64,000 bases of DNA from Syntrophomonadaceae bacterium (GTDB lineage: Bacteria; Bacillota; Dethiobacteria; DTU022; UBA8154), in contig PWTK01000029.1 in assembly GCA_003563895.1 (NCBI GenBank), forward strand, positions 2,378 to 66,377, in the 5' to 3' direction. Below, piece after piece: positions 55,112-64,000 of this stretch. The translations under genes were made by a program, and so were the position numbers. Within the stretch, counting starts at the first letter, position 1. Every line of letters starts with the position of its first letter. The notes beneath the pieces were generated by a model. The model worked only from the letters and a program-made list of their open reading frames with translations. It did no database searches and was not told the DNA's origin.

Positions 55112-55378
55112 CTAAAAAAGCCGCCCTTCCCGCAGGAATTTCAGGATGGCAACAGTGGAGATAAAGGCAGAGAGTATAAATACCAGCGCCACATCGAAAA
55201 AATCATAATTCCCATCCAGGTATGAAAAGAGGAGAATGTAAACGACCACCAGGGTCACGATCATATTCATGGACACAATCCTGTCCGTGGCTGTAGGCCC
55301 ACGGAAAGCCCTGTAGAGGGAAGCCAGTCCCAGCAAACCCAGCCCCAGGATCAGGTAAGTCATCACTGCCTCAAGCAC
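55112..55378 (-). CDS. mnhF: Mrp/Mnh subunit F, Mrp-2
   Basis: 88-aa ORF with YRAFRGPTATDRIVSMNMIVT, which is MrpF-like. Confidence 0.8.
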   Translation of the reverse strand: MLEAVMTYLILGLGLLGLASLYRAFRGPTATDRIVSMNMIVTLVVVYILLFSYLDGNYDFFDVALVFILSAFISTVAILKFLREGRLF

Positions 55379-55898
55379 TTTCTTCCGCCTCCTCCAGGTC
55401 TTTCAAAATATCGTACATGTACCAACTGCGCACCCCAAAAGCATGGTGCCTGGTCATCCCGTGGACCAGCAGGCGATCGCCTTCCAGATCCACCGAAATT
55501 GTACCGGGGGTCAAGGTGATGGAGTTGGAATAAAAAACCCGCGGCAGGTCTTTTTTCAATGCCAGCCTCGTCACGATCAGCCCCGGTGAAATGGGCAGCT
55601 TGGGATCGAGCACGATCCTGGCCACAATAAAGTTCGCCCTCAAAACCTCAAATGCCAGGAAAAGGCTGTAGCGCAGAAAAATCCTGAATTGCCGCCAGGT
55701 TATTTTTGTCTTGCCCACTTCGTCAATGGTAAGCTGATTCCAAAACAGGGTGAGCAGCGATACCAAAAAAAATCCCATGAGCAGGTGCTGCCAGTCAACC
55801 GAACCGGAGAGCAGCAGCCAGAAACCCATCAGCAAAACGAACATGAACGCCGAGCCCTTCATATCCCTTTTGAACCTTGCCATTAACTGCGCAAGCAT
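55371..55898 (-). CDS. mnhE: Mrp/Mnh subunit E, Mrp-2
   Basis: 175-aa ORF of the MnhE family (ITLTPGTISV). Overlaps mnhF by 8 nt. Confidence 0.85.
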   Translation of the reverse strand: MLAQLMARFKRDMKGSAFMFVLLMGFWLLLSGSVDWQHLLMGFFLVSLLTLFWNQLTIDEVGKTKITWRQFRIFLRYSLFLAFEVLRANFIVARIVLDPKLPISPGLIVTRLALKKDLPRVFYSNSITLTPGTISVDLEGDRLLVHGMTRHHAFGVRSWYMYDILKDLEEAEESA

Positions 55899-55922
55899 TG
55901 CTCCAACAACCCCTCTTATCCC

Positions 55923-57419
55923 TTAGAGTAAATACCTCAAAACATACCTCTCCAGAAATTCCAGGATGCTCCCCGGGAAGATGCCCATATAAATGACCCC
56001 CAACGCCATGATCGCTATAGGGATGAGCATGGTTACCGGTACTTTATCCATGAAAAACTTCATCTCAGCTCCCGAGGTGAAATAAGCCTGCCAGATAATG
56101 GGGAAATAGTAAGCCGCATTTAACAGACCACTGAGAACAATAAGCACGACGAAGTAAGGGTTATCCGCTTCCAGGCTGCCCAGTGCCAGCCCGTACTTGG
56201 TTATGAATCCGCCGAAAAGGGGAATGCCCACCATGGAAAGAGAGGCAATGGTGAAAGCGGCCATGGTAACGGGCATCTGGTATCCCAGCCCGGAAAAGTG
56301 GGTCACCTTTTTGCGCCCTGTCTGGTAGTAAACGGCGCCGGCCGACAAAAAGAGGCAGATTTTCATAAACGCGTGAATAATGATGTGCAAAAGCGCTATC
56401 TTGATGCCCCAGACGGTACCCAAACCAAACCCCAGGAAGATGTAGCCGATTTGCGCAACTGTCGAATAAGCCAAGCGCCTTTTCAGGTCCAGCTGCACAA
56501 AGGCGAAAAGCGAACCGCCCAGCATGGCCAGGGCAGCCAGGAAAAGAATCAGGTAGCGCATGTACGTCTCGTGGAATACATCAAAACCGAACACCTCGAA
56601 ATAAATGCGCAGCTGAGCTACAATGTAAACCTTGACCACCAGCCCCGAAAGCACGGCGCTGGAGGGAGAAGGCGCAGAAGAGTGGGCGTCTGGAAGCCAG
56701 ATATGCATGGGAAACAGGGCAGCCTTAACCCCCAGCCCGACCGTGAAAAAACTCATCGTAGCCCACATCAGGAAAGGATAATCCTCCCCGACCCTGAGCA
56801 GTTCCGTGGCCACATAGGGATAGTTCAAGTTCCCGGTCACCTGGTACAGAAACGCGATAGCAAACAGCAAAAAACCCGACCCCAGAGTTGAGAGCATCAG
56901 GTAGCGCAAGCTGGCCTCCGTGGAGAGCCGCTCCCCCTTGGCTACCACCAGGCCGCACGAACCGATGGCCACGATCTCCACCATAACATAAAGGTTAAAG
57001 AGGTCGTTGGTAACGGTCATCCCCATCATGGCAGCGAGGGTCAAGACAAATAACGTGTAATACCACCCCGCTGCCGGCGGGGGTATTTCCTTGGGCAGCG
57101 ATCTGTAGCTGAACAGCAGCACAAATAAGCAGGTGCCGCATAAAAGCAAAAGCATCATCGCGGCCAGTTCATCGATAAAAATTTCAATTCCCCAGGGAGG
57201 GAGCCACCCGCCAGCCGCATAGCTTAGCAGCTCCCCGCCGGCTACTTGAACGGTGAGCATGACACTCATAATTAAAGCGAGAACGGTAGCTCCCAGGGCC
57301 AGATAGGGACAAACCTCGCTTTTCCAGCGGGCAAACATGGGCATGACGAAACAGATGCATAAAGGCAAGAGAATCAGCAAAAAGGGGAGCATTTCCAGGT
57401 ATTGCATGTCGCTGGTCAC
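55923..57419 (-). CDS. mnhD: Mrp/Mnh subunit D-like (MbhH-type), Mrp-2
   Basis: 498-aa ORF with motif HIWLPDAHSSAPSPSSAVLSG. 4-nt overlap with mnhC. Confidence 0.85.
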   Translation of the reverse strand: MTSDMQYLEMLPFLLILLPLCICFVMPMFARWKSEVCPYLALGATVLALIMSVMLTVQVAGGELLSYAAGGWLPPWGIEIFIDELAAMMLLLLCGTCLFVLLFSYRSLPKEIPPPAAGWYYTLFVLTLAAMMGMTVTNDLFNLYVMVEIVAIGSCGLVVAKGERLSTEASLRYLMLSTLGSGFLLFAIAFLYQVTGNLNYPYVATELLRVGEDYPFLMWATMSFFTVGLGVKAALFPMHIWLPDAHSSAPSPSSAVLSGLVVKVYIVAQLRIYFEVFGFDVFHETYMRYLILFLAALAMLGGSLFAFVQLDLKRRLAYSTVAQIGYIFLGFGLGTVWGIKIALLHIIIHAFMKICLFLSAGAVYYQTGRKKVTHFSGLGYQMPVTMAAFTIASLSMVGIPLFGGFITKYGLALGSLEADNPYFVVLIVLSGLLNAAYYFPIIWQAYFTSGAEMKFFMDKVPVTMLIPIAIMALGVIYMGIFPGSILEFLERYVLRYLL

Positions 57420-57778
57420 CTCAGTCGTATAATCTCAGGTGCATAGATTGTTCCATAAAAATAGTACAGCTTCACTATGATCGCCAGGGCAAAGGCGGTT
57501 ACGCTGAAGCTCACCACAATTCCGGTCAGCACCAGGACAGAGGGGAGGGGGTTAATGTAGAGCACTCCTTCCGGAAGGGCGGGATCGTAAATTGGAGCAA
57601 CCCCTCCCTGGATGTTGCCCACGGCGATGAAAAAAAGAAAGATGCCCGTTTCCATGATATTAATCCCGATCACTTTTTTTATCAGATTGTGCTGGGTTAA
57701 AATGGCGAGACAGCCCAGGCAAAATAAAATCATGGAGATAAAGTAGGGGTAATTGACCAATAAGCGGGATAATTCCAT
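57416..57778 (-). CDS. mnhC: Mrp/Mnh subunit C (NuoK-like), Mrp-2
   Basis: 120-aa ORF, collinear with 8907-9284. Confidence 0.85.
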   Translation of the reverse strand: MELSRLLVNYPYFISMILFCLGCLAILTQHNLIKKVIGINIMETGIFLFFIAVGNIQGGVAPIYDPALPEGVLYINPLPSVLVLTGIVVSFSVTAFALAIIVKLYYFYGTIYAPEIIRLR

Positions 57779-57782
57779 ACCG

Positions 57783-58178
57783 TTATTCCTCCTCCACCAA
57801 GAGGTAAAAAATGCTCAATATCGTGCTGGCCACCAGCAGCCCGATTCCAACATTTACAACCGTAATGATTCCCACGCTAAAAAGGGTGCCGGGCATTCCC
57901 ACGGGACCTTTTTCGTAAGGGAGCAAAAATTTAATTGCTTCCAACATACCCCCCAACCCGATAAAAACAATGGCAACGTCCATGGGCAGGCGCCTGAGCT
58001 TGGCTTTCCATTCAAATCCGAAGAGCAAAAAATAGAGCAGTATGCCCATGCCCAGCACGATGCCCCCGGCAAATCCTCCGCCGGGAGAAAGATGTCCGTG
58101 CAGGATGACGTAAAAGGCGTAAAGGAGGATGAACAATAAGACATATCGGAAAACCACTTTCGTGATATAATCTTCCAA
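57783..58178 (-). CDS. mnhB: Mrp/Mnh subunit B-like (MbhF-type), Mrp-2, first gene of the module
   Basis: ORF 57783-58250, with start revised to TTG 58178 (AAGGGG 8 nt upstream). Motif HGHLSPGGGFAGG. Confidence 0.8.
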   Translation of the reverse strand: MEDYITKVVFRYVLLFILLYAFYVILHGHLSPGGGFAGGIVLGMGILLYFLLFGFEWKAKLRRLPMDVAIVFIGLGGMLEAIKFLLPYEKGPVGMPGTLFSVGIITVVNVGIGLLVASTILSIFYLLVEEE

Positions 58179-58422
58179 GAGCACCACCCCTTCCGTTCCG
58201 ACCTGCTGCAGGCCGGCATTGTTAAAGGTTTCACATCTATGGAAACACAAGGGAAAATTCTAAAAGAAAGAAGGTTTATAACAGTTGATAATAAATGATT
58301 CTTTTTTTTGAGGGCAATTCCTGCAAAAAAATAAACAAATAAATATTTCCCAGCTTCCTGGTGACCGCAAGATGGAGGCAGGATCACGACAGCATCACCG
58401 CAAACCCCGCATGACAGGACCC

Positions 58423-59871
58423 TTAAAGTTCCAGGAGGCCTTTGTGGTTGCTGCGAATTTCCTTTTCAAGCTCCGCGCCCACATAATGCTGGTGCTCTCC
58501 CCCCAAAATCCGCTGGGCAATCTCTTCCGCCGTGGTCCAGCTGTCCTTGCCGCCCGCAGCTTCCCAGGCCTGGTAGCTTCTGCGGTCGCTGACCCGCGGG
58601 AAGAACGATTCGGTGCGCATATATTTGACCGTGTGGGGCTCAGCCAGGAAGTTCCCCCCGGGCCCCACGGCAGCGATCACGTCGACGGCCAGGGTATCGT
58701 CATTAATTTCTACCCCGCGCAGGGCGCGCAGGCACCCTCCAATGATGTCGTTATCGATGATATACTGGGCATAAGAAGCGGTCATGGCCCCTTCCAGCAA
58801 GCCTGCCGCCTCGTGGATAAAGTTGCCGCCAGCCAGGGCTGCCAGCAGGCAGGTGGTGGCGCTCTCATGAGCCGCCTGGGCGTCGGGAATCTTGGAATCG
58901 GTCGTTCCCACCGTAATGTAGCTGGGAATACGGTAGTAATAAGCGATTTGAGAGATGGCGGCATTCATCAGGCCCGATTCCACGCTGCCCATCAGAAAAG
59001 ACATCGTGCGGAGATCCATGGTTGAGGGAACGGCGCTGTAGAGAACGGGCGTTCCCGGATTGACCAGCTGGGAGAGAATAACACCCATCAGGGCTTCCGC
59101 ATTCTGCTGCACCAGGGTGCCGGCCAGCGTAATCGGTGCAGTGGCACCGGCAGTCGGAGCCGTAGAGGTGGCCAGGGGCAACCCCATGGAAGCTACTTCC
59201 ATCAAGAGCTGGGCATAAAGCCTGTCAAATTTTAAAGGGCTGACAATACTGGTAATAAACCCGACAAAGGGTCGGCGCTGGAGCTGCTCCATCCCGCCGG
59301 CAATGGCAGACGCAATCTCTACAACTTCTTTCAATCCCTCGTGAGAATAAACGCCCCCCATGACCGGCTTGGGGCTGTGCAAAAATGCGGGGAAAAAGCG
59401 GTTAATATCTACCTTGTCTACCGGGGCATCGTGGGGATATACCGGCACGATAAAAAAATCGACATACTCCAGCTTATCCACCAGGGAGGCAATATCGGCG
59501 ATATCCCTGGCCGTGGATTTCCTTTTTTTCCTGTCCAGGGCCAGGACGTTCAAGGCAGTTCCGCCCGTTCCAAAGTGAACCCTGGTCCCGCCGAGGATGA
59601 TCTCCCGGTCCTGGCCGAGGCCGTAAAAGGTAAATTCCCCCGGGGCCTGCTTGATGCAGCGTGAAACCAAATCTCGGGGGATATAGGCCCTTTTCAAATC
59701 TAAATCCACCTTGGCCCCATTCTTTTCCAGCAGCTCCAGCGCGGGGGGATAGTTAACCTCAAACCCCACCTCCCACAGCACCTTCATGGTAGACTCGTGG
59801 ATCTCTTTAATTTCTCCCTCGGATAATATCTTGTACTTTCCTCCAAAATAGCTTCTTCTTCCGGAAGACAT
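58423..59871 (-). CDS. MttB-superfamily methyltransferase, non-pyrrolysine type (glycine-betaine/quaternary-amine type plausible)
   Basis: ORF 58423-59979, with start revised to ATG 59871. It is MttB-like throughout and has no in-frame TAG. Confidence 0.8.
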   Translation of the reverse strand: MSSGRRSYFGGKYKILSEGEIKEIHESTMKVLWEVGFEVNYPPALELLEKNGAKVDLDLKRAYIPRDLVSRCIKQAPGEFTFYGLGQDREIILGGTRVHFGTGGTALNVLALDRKKRKSTARDIADIASLVDKLEYVDFFIVPVYPHDAPVDKVDINRFFPAFLHSPKPVMGGVYSHEGLKEVVEIASAIAGGMEQLQRRPFVGFITSIVSPLKFDRLYAQLLMEVASMGLPLATSTAPTAGATAPITLAGTLVQQNAEALMGVILSQLVNPGTPVLYSAVPSTMDLRTMSFLMGSVESGLMNAAISQIAYYYRIPSYITVGTTDSKIPDAQAAHESATTCLLAALAGGNFIHEAAGLLEGAMTASYAQYIIDNDIIGGCLRALRGVEINDDTLAVDVIAAVGPGGNFLAEPHTVKYMRTESFFPRVSDRRSYQAWEAAGGKDSWTTAEEIAQRILGGEHQHYVGAELEKEIRSNHKGLLEL

Positions 59872-60029
59872 CCTTAATCCGCCCTTTCCCGGGTTGCTTG
59901 TATGTAAATTTTTGGCCCTGGTGAGAGATCGCGGAACTGTGCGCAAATAGTATTGAGACGATGATTCTCTCCACAGCAATGCCTTTCTTAACGCTGGCCT
60001 GCCAGACCGGGATACCGCATTCCAGCGCG

Positions 60030-60815
60030 TCAGCTCATGCTCTTTGAGGCAGCCTTGTTTTTTTCAAAAATCAACCGCAGCCCTTCCAGGGTAAGAAAAT
60101 AATTGACTTCTTCAATGGTTTCCGACCCTTTGGCGATCAAGCCGGCCAACCCCCCGGTCGCTACCACCAGAGGCTTGGTGGAAAACTCTTTCAGCATGCG
60201 TTTGACGATCCCATCCACCTGCCCCACAAAGCCGAACACAATGCCCGACTGCATGCTGGAGACGGTGTCTTTGCCGATCACCCTGCGCGGTGTCAAAAGC
60301 TCCACCCGCGGCAATTTGGCCGCTTTCTGAAAGAGGGCTTCCGTGGAGATCCCTATGCCGGGGGCAATGGCCCCCCCAAGATAATCGCCCTTTTCCGAGA
60401 TGGCACAAAAAGTTGTCGCTGTTCCGAAATCCACGATGATCAAGGGGCCGCCGTAAAGCCCCAGCGCTCCAACGGCATTCACAACCCTGTCGGCCCCTAC
60501 TTCGCGGGGATTGTCCATTAAAATATTCAAGCCTGTTTTGACACCCGGCCCCACTACCAGGGGCGCGACATGGAAATATTTGTGCGCCATTTTTTCCAGG
60601 GGGTGCCTGAGGGGGGGGACCACAAGGGAAATGATCATGTCGGTTATATCAAATGCTTCGATATTGCTCTGCTGAAAGAGGTTTTTGATCAGCACCCCGT
60701 ACTCGTCTTCCGTTTGATCGCGATTGGTAGATATGCGCCACCATGTTATCAGCTCGTCGTTTTTGTAAACCCCCAGCATGATATTTGTATTGCCAACGTC
60801 TATGGCCAGCAACAA
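60030..60815 (-). CDS. coaX: Type III pantothenate kinase
   Basis: 261-aa ORF with N-terminal [10 protein letters not shown] and GADR motifs. TTG start after GAGGTG. Confidence 0.9.
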   Translation of the reverse strand: MLLAIDVGNTNIMLGVYKNDELITWWRISTNRDQTEDEYGVLIKNLFQQSNIEAFDITDMIISLVVPPLRHPLEKMAHKYFHVAPLVVGPGVKTGLNILMDNPREVGADRVVNAVGALGLYGGPLIIVDFGTATTFCAISEKGDYLGGAIAPGIGISTEALFQKAAKLPRVELLTPRRVIGKDTVSSMQSGIVFGFVGQVDGIVKRMLKEFSTKPLVVATGGLAGLIAKGSETIEEVNYFLTLEGLRLIFEKNKAASKSMS

Positions 60816-60944
60816 GGGGCTTCACCTCGCCTCCACTCTTTACATGTTCAGTTTACTACATTTTTTTTAATTTAAAAAGTGTAAATCAGCGGAAAGGAGG
60901 GCGGTTGATGAAATTTTTCTCAGAAGCGCAATAGAAGCGCAATA

Positions 60945-60992
60945 ATAAAAAAACAGGCCCTGCTGCCGGGGAGATCCCGGAGCAGGGCCTCG
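60945..60992 (-). terminator. Terminator downstream of folT (hairpin also has a T-run on the plus strand)
   Basis: caggccctgctgccggg / cccggagcagggcctcg stem. The minus strand is followed by GTTTTTTT. Confidence 0.7.
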
Positions 60993-61121
60993 GGTTTTTG
61001 TTTGCGAATGTTTCAGGTTCTGCCTGTGTAAGAAAGCGGCCCCGTTAAGAAACCGGGTTTATTTCTTTGAACAAAGTGCGTGAGATGGCAAGAGCTCTCA
61101 AGCAAATCAGCATTTCTTTTG

Positions 61122-61904
61122 CTACCACAGCTTTCCAGACACATGCAGGGCTCCTCCCTGCACCCTGGGTACCACCCTCTCCATCACCCTGCCCAGAACA
61201 ACGAGTAAAGCGGTATAAGCGGGTATGGTGACAATCCCTTCAACAATGCGGGGCGGAACGGTAACCACCCTCATTACACCGAAAAGCGTTTCGATGAAGT
61301 ATGGCACCATGAAGATGTCTACTACCAAAAAAGTGGTGCAAGCAGCCAGGAAAAGGGGGAAGAATCCCACTTCCTGGCGGCCGCGCACAGCCATCACGAT
61401 AATCAGCCCGGGGATGATGCCCCGCAGCGCAGCGGTCATGGTGAAGTGGGGCATGTAAGCCCCCAGGGGGCTGACAAAGTATCCCACCAGGTCACCGATT
61501 CCTCCTACCAGTCCTCCGGCCAGCGGGCCCATGAAAACACCGGCCAGAATTACGGGAAGGGTGCCGATGCCGATGCGCATCCCCTCCACCGCTCCCAGGG
61601 GTATGCGCAAACTTAAAACCCTCTCCAGGATAACGTTTAACGCAATGAGTAAAGCGATTCGGGTCAGCATCTGGTTGTCGAGGGCTTGTCCTCTGCCGCC
61701 TGCTTTGTTTGTCAATATTGCAGTGCCAAAAACAGCGCCAACAATCCCGGCAATGATCAGGCTGGTTTCATCCTCCAACCTCAGCAGTTGCGGCATGCTC
61801 AACATTCCGGTATGTTCCAGCACTGCATACAGCATCATCGCCAGTCCGGCGGTTAACAACAGGGAGCCGGCCAAAAGCCTAATAACGTTTATTTTGCCAG
61901 GCAC
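61122..61904 (-). CDS. folT: Folate-family ECF transporter S component with an N-terminal two-helix extension
   Basis: ORF 61122-62072, with start revised to GTG 61904 (7 nt after AAAGGAGGTG). The core from MLTRIALLIALNVILERV is FolT-like and it sits behind a THF riboswitch. Confidence 0.75.
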   Translation of the reverse strand: MPGKINVIRLLAGSLLLTAGLAMMLYAVLEHTGMLSMPQLLRLEDETSLIIAGIVGAVFGTAILTNKAGGRGQALDNQMLTRIALLIALNVILERVLSLRIPLGAVEGMRIGIGTLPVILAGVFMGPLAGGLVGGIGDLVGYFVSPLGAYMPHFTMTAALRGIIPGLIIVMAVRGRQEVGFFPLFLAACTTFLVVDIFMVPYFIETLFGVMRVVTVPPRIVEGIVTIPAYTALLVVLGRVMERVVPRVQGGALHVSGKLW

Positions 61905-61990
61905 AAAAACACCTCCTTTCTTCAAGGATGGGGCTAGCTGCCACATCCAAGAGAAAAGAGGTGAAATGAATAAATCTTTCGCTCTTGATG

Positions 61991-62100
61991 TGGCAGCGGA
62001 GGCGGTGTCATAACGCAGGCGCCCGTCATGCGGGCGCCTTTCGTCTAAGGGCAACCTCCCATCCCTTAGCACTTAACGCATGACACCTACTCTGCCAGCG
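61991..62100 (-). promoter_or_regulatory. THF (tetrahydrofolate) riboswitch aptamer
   Basis: Minus strand has GGCAGAGUAGGUGUCAUGCGUUAAGUG...GGGAUGGG...ACGAA...GCGUUAUGACACCGCCUCCGCUGCC, with P1 and the conserved AGAGUAG/GCGUUAAGUG/GGGAUG blocks. Confidence 0.85.
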
Positions 62101-62134
62101 AGTATTCAACTTTTCCCCGCAAGGGAAAACGGGC

Positions 62135-63898
62135 TTAGAAGAGGCCCGTTACCTTGCCGGTTTTGGTATCGACGTCTACGCGGCGGAAGGCGGGATCTGA
62201 AGAGGTGCCGGGCATGAGGGAGATCGCGCCGGCAACCGGGACCACAAAACCGGCCCCGCCGTAGGTGAGCACATCCCTGACGTGAAGCTTCCAGCCTTTC
62301 GGTACGCCTTTGATCGCCGGGTTGTCGCTCAGGCTGAGGTGGGTTTTCACCATGCAGGTTCCCAGCTTTTGAATTTCCGGATCCTGCTCCATCCGCTTGA
62401 TTTTTTCCAGCGCATCCGGGGTGTACTCCACGCCGTCGGCGCCGTATACTTCCTGGGCGATAAGATCAACACGCTTGCGCAAGGGAGTGTCCAGCTCATA
62501 GAGAAACTTGAATTCGCTGGGACGCTCGCAGGCTTCGGCAACGGCATCGGCCAGTTCCAGGGCCCCGTCCCCGCCTTCTTGCCAGTGGTTGGAAAGGGCG
62601 ACAAAGGCGCCTGCCTCCTCGGCAATGCGGCGGACAGCCTTGATCTCGTTTTCCGTATCGGTGTGGAAGGCGTTAATGCAGACCACCGGGGTGATGCCGG
62701 ACTTCTTGATGACGTTGATCAGGTGAACCAAGTTTTCGCTTCCCGCTTCTACCCACTCCACGCTCTCTTTCTTGTAAACGGGGTCGATGGGCTGTCCGGG
62801 AACGGGAACCGGTGCGCCGCCGTGACACTTGAGAGCCCTGATGGTGGCCACAAGCACCGCACAGTCCGGCTTCAGCCCGGACATGCGGCACTTCAGGTTC
62901 CAGAACTTCTCAAAGCCGATGTCGGCGGCGAAGCCGGACTCGGTGATCACGTAGTCGGACAGCTTCAAGGCCACGCGGTCGGCCACGATGGAAGACTGGC
63001 CGATGGCGATGTTGGCGAAGGGACCGGCATGAACGAATACCGGCTGGCCTTCCAAAGTCTGCATGAGGTTGGGGTTGATGGCCTCAACCATCCAGGCCGT
63101 CATGGCGCCGGCCACTTCCAAGTCTTCGGCGGTTACTGGATTGCCCTTCTTATCGTAAGCCACCACAATTTTGCCCATGCGCTCGCGCATATCCTGCAGG
63201 TCGTTGGCAACGGAAAGGATGGCCATGACTTCGGAGGAGACGGCGATATTGAAGCCCGACTCCATCATGAAGCCGTCGCGCTTGCTGCCCAGCCCGATAA
63301 TAATGTTGCGCAGGGCCTGAGCACAGAAGTCCATGATCCAGTTCATCTCCACATTGCGCGGATCGATATTGAGGCGTTTCAGGTTGCGCTTGGCCAGGAA
63401 CTGGTCCCCGTAGTTGAACTCGTGCTGCAGCCTGGAAGTCACGGCTACCATGGCCAGGTTGTGCGCGTTCATGATAGCATTAATGTCTCCCGTCAACCCC
63501 AGGGAGAAAGGGGTAAGGGGGATACACTGCGACAGCCCGCCGCCGGCAGCAGAACCCTTGATGTTCATGGTCGGCCCGCCGGAAGGCTGCCTGATGGTGG
63601 CGATGACGTTTTTGCCTCTTTTGCCCATCCCCTGGGTCAGCCCCATGGTCGTGGTGGTTTTGCCTTCGCCCAGCGGGGTGGGGGTGATCGCCGTCACATC
63701 AATATATTTTCCGTCCGGGGCATCCTTCAGCCTCTCCAGGACCTCCATATAGTCTACCTTTGCGATGTAATGACCCTGCGGAAGCAGTTCTTTGTCTTCC
63801 AACCCCAATTCTTTTCCCAATTCATACACCGTCTTCATCTTCTCTTCTGCTGCTTCGGCAATTTGCCAGTCAGCATACTTGGTCGGATCCAGTACCAT
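62135..63898 (-). CDS. fhs: Formate-tetrahydrofolate ligase
   Basis: ORF 62135-63904, with start ATG 63898 (7 nt after GGGAGG). Motif [13 protein letters not shown] and full-length FTHFS-like sequence. Confidence 0.95.
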   Translation of the reverse strand: MVLDPTKYADWQIAEAAEEKMKTVYELGKELGLEDKELLPQGHYIAKVDYMEVLERLKDAPDGKYIDVTAITPTPLGEGKTTTTMGLTQGMGKRGKNVIATIRQPSGGPTMNIKGSAAGGGLSQCIPLTPFSLGLTGDINAIMNAHNLAMVAVTSRLQHEFNYGDQFLAKRNLKRLNIDPRNVEMNWIMDFCAQALRNIIIGLGSKRDGFMMESGFNIAVSSEVMAILSVANDLQDMRERMGKIVVAYDKKGNPVTAEDLEVAGAMTAWMVEAINPNLMQTLEGQPVFVHAGPFANIAIGQSSIVADRVALKLSDYVITESGFAADIGFEKFWNLKCRMSGLKPDCAVLVATIRALKCHGGAPVPVPGQPIDPVYKKESVEWVEAGSENLVHLINVIKKSGITPVVCINAFHTDTENEIKAVRRIAEEAGAFVALSNHWQEGGDGALELADAVAEACERPSEFKFLYELDTPLRKRVDLIAQEVYGADGVEYTPDALEKIKRMEQDPEIQKLGTCMVKTHLSLSDNPAIKGVPKGWKLHVRDVLTYGGAGFVVPVAGAISLMPGTSSDPAFRRVDVDTKTGKVTGLF

Positions 63899-64000
63899 TC
63901 TCAAACCTCCCTAATAATTTCTAAGTTTTCTTGTAGCAGCCCCGACCGCGGCCGGAAGTATTGTGACTTATTTAACAAACTAATGCCTTAAAAATGTAGC

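Noticed and set aside
58423-59979. Checked the MttB-family gene for an in-frame TAG (pyrrolysine)
   Set aside because: The ORF is uninterrupted from the ATG at 59871 to its stop, with no amber codon in frame.
62282-63991. 569-aa plus-strand ORF opposite fhs
   Set aside because: It is the shadow frame of formate-THF ligase. It has no motifs and no RBS, and it runs through the fhs promoter region.

Overview
This 64-kb window is almost fully coding. The gene set looks like an anaerobic, moderately GC-rich Firmicute of the Clostridia type; this is an inference from Rnf, Fhs, IorAB/PaaK, Ptb-Buk, a T-box and a THF riboswitch. Gene order, left to right: (1) a 9-codon gene start, radC, maf, a Gx-transporter-like protein and ApbE; (2) a 10-gene Mrp/Mbh-like antiporter module translationally coupled to moaC, then rnfCDGEAB; (3) paaK-ACT-paaK-iorA-iorB, a lipoprotein, a small unannotated UGA-containing gene and a 969-aa S8 protease with a dockerin; (4) pckA, a DRG-type GTPase, an SSF transporter, an Fe-S protein, a class IV aminotransferase and a Trp T-box-controlled trpB2-hisG pair; (5) DUF3786-like, CsaA-like and compact HDAC-like proteins, a cas6-like/ptb/ptb-like/buk operon and clpB; (6) a second, permuted Mrp/Mbh-like module, an MttB-family methyltransferase, coaX, THF-riboswitch-folT and fhs. 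I saw no rRNA, tRNA or CRISPR array. Nearly every long intergenic region holds short dispersed repeats. These are IS1595-derived MITEs (5 copies with target-site duplications, one nested), a separate 131-bp MITE inside the rnf operon, and three further repeat families (called A, C and D here). Best follow-up candidates: (1) an 89-codon HesB/IscA-like ORF with an in-frame UGA, a SECIS-like hairpin and a consensus promoter (27133-27452), missed by the ORF track; (2) an orphan Cas6-type RAMP protein as first gene of a ptb-buk operon; (3) two paralogous three-pump Mrp-like modules, one with a repeat-built putative lateral helix; (4) RnfG with a second FMN-binding domain; (5) a radC N-terminus in frame with maf across a single TAG. 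All calls come from reading the sequence and recalling family motifs. No database search or folding computation was possible, and start codons marked as revised are judgement calls.
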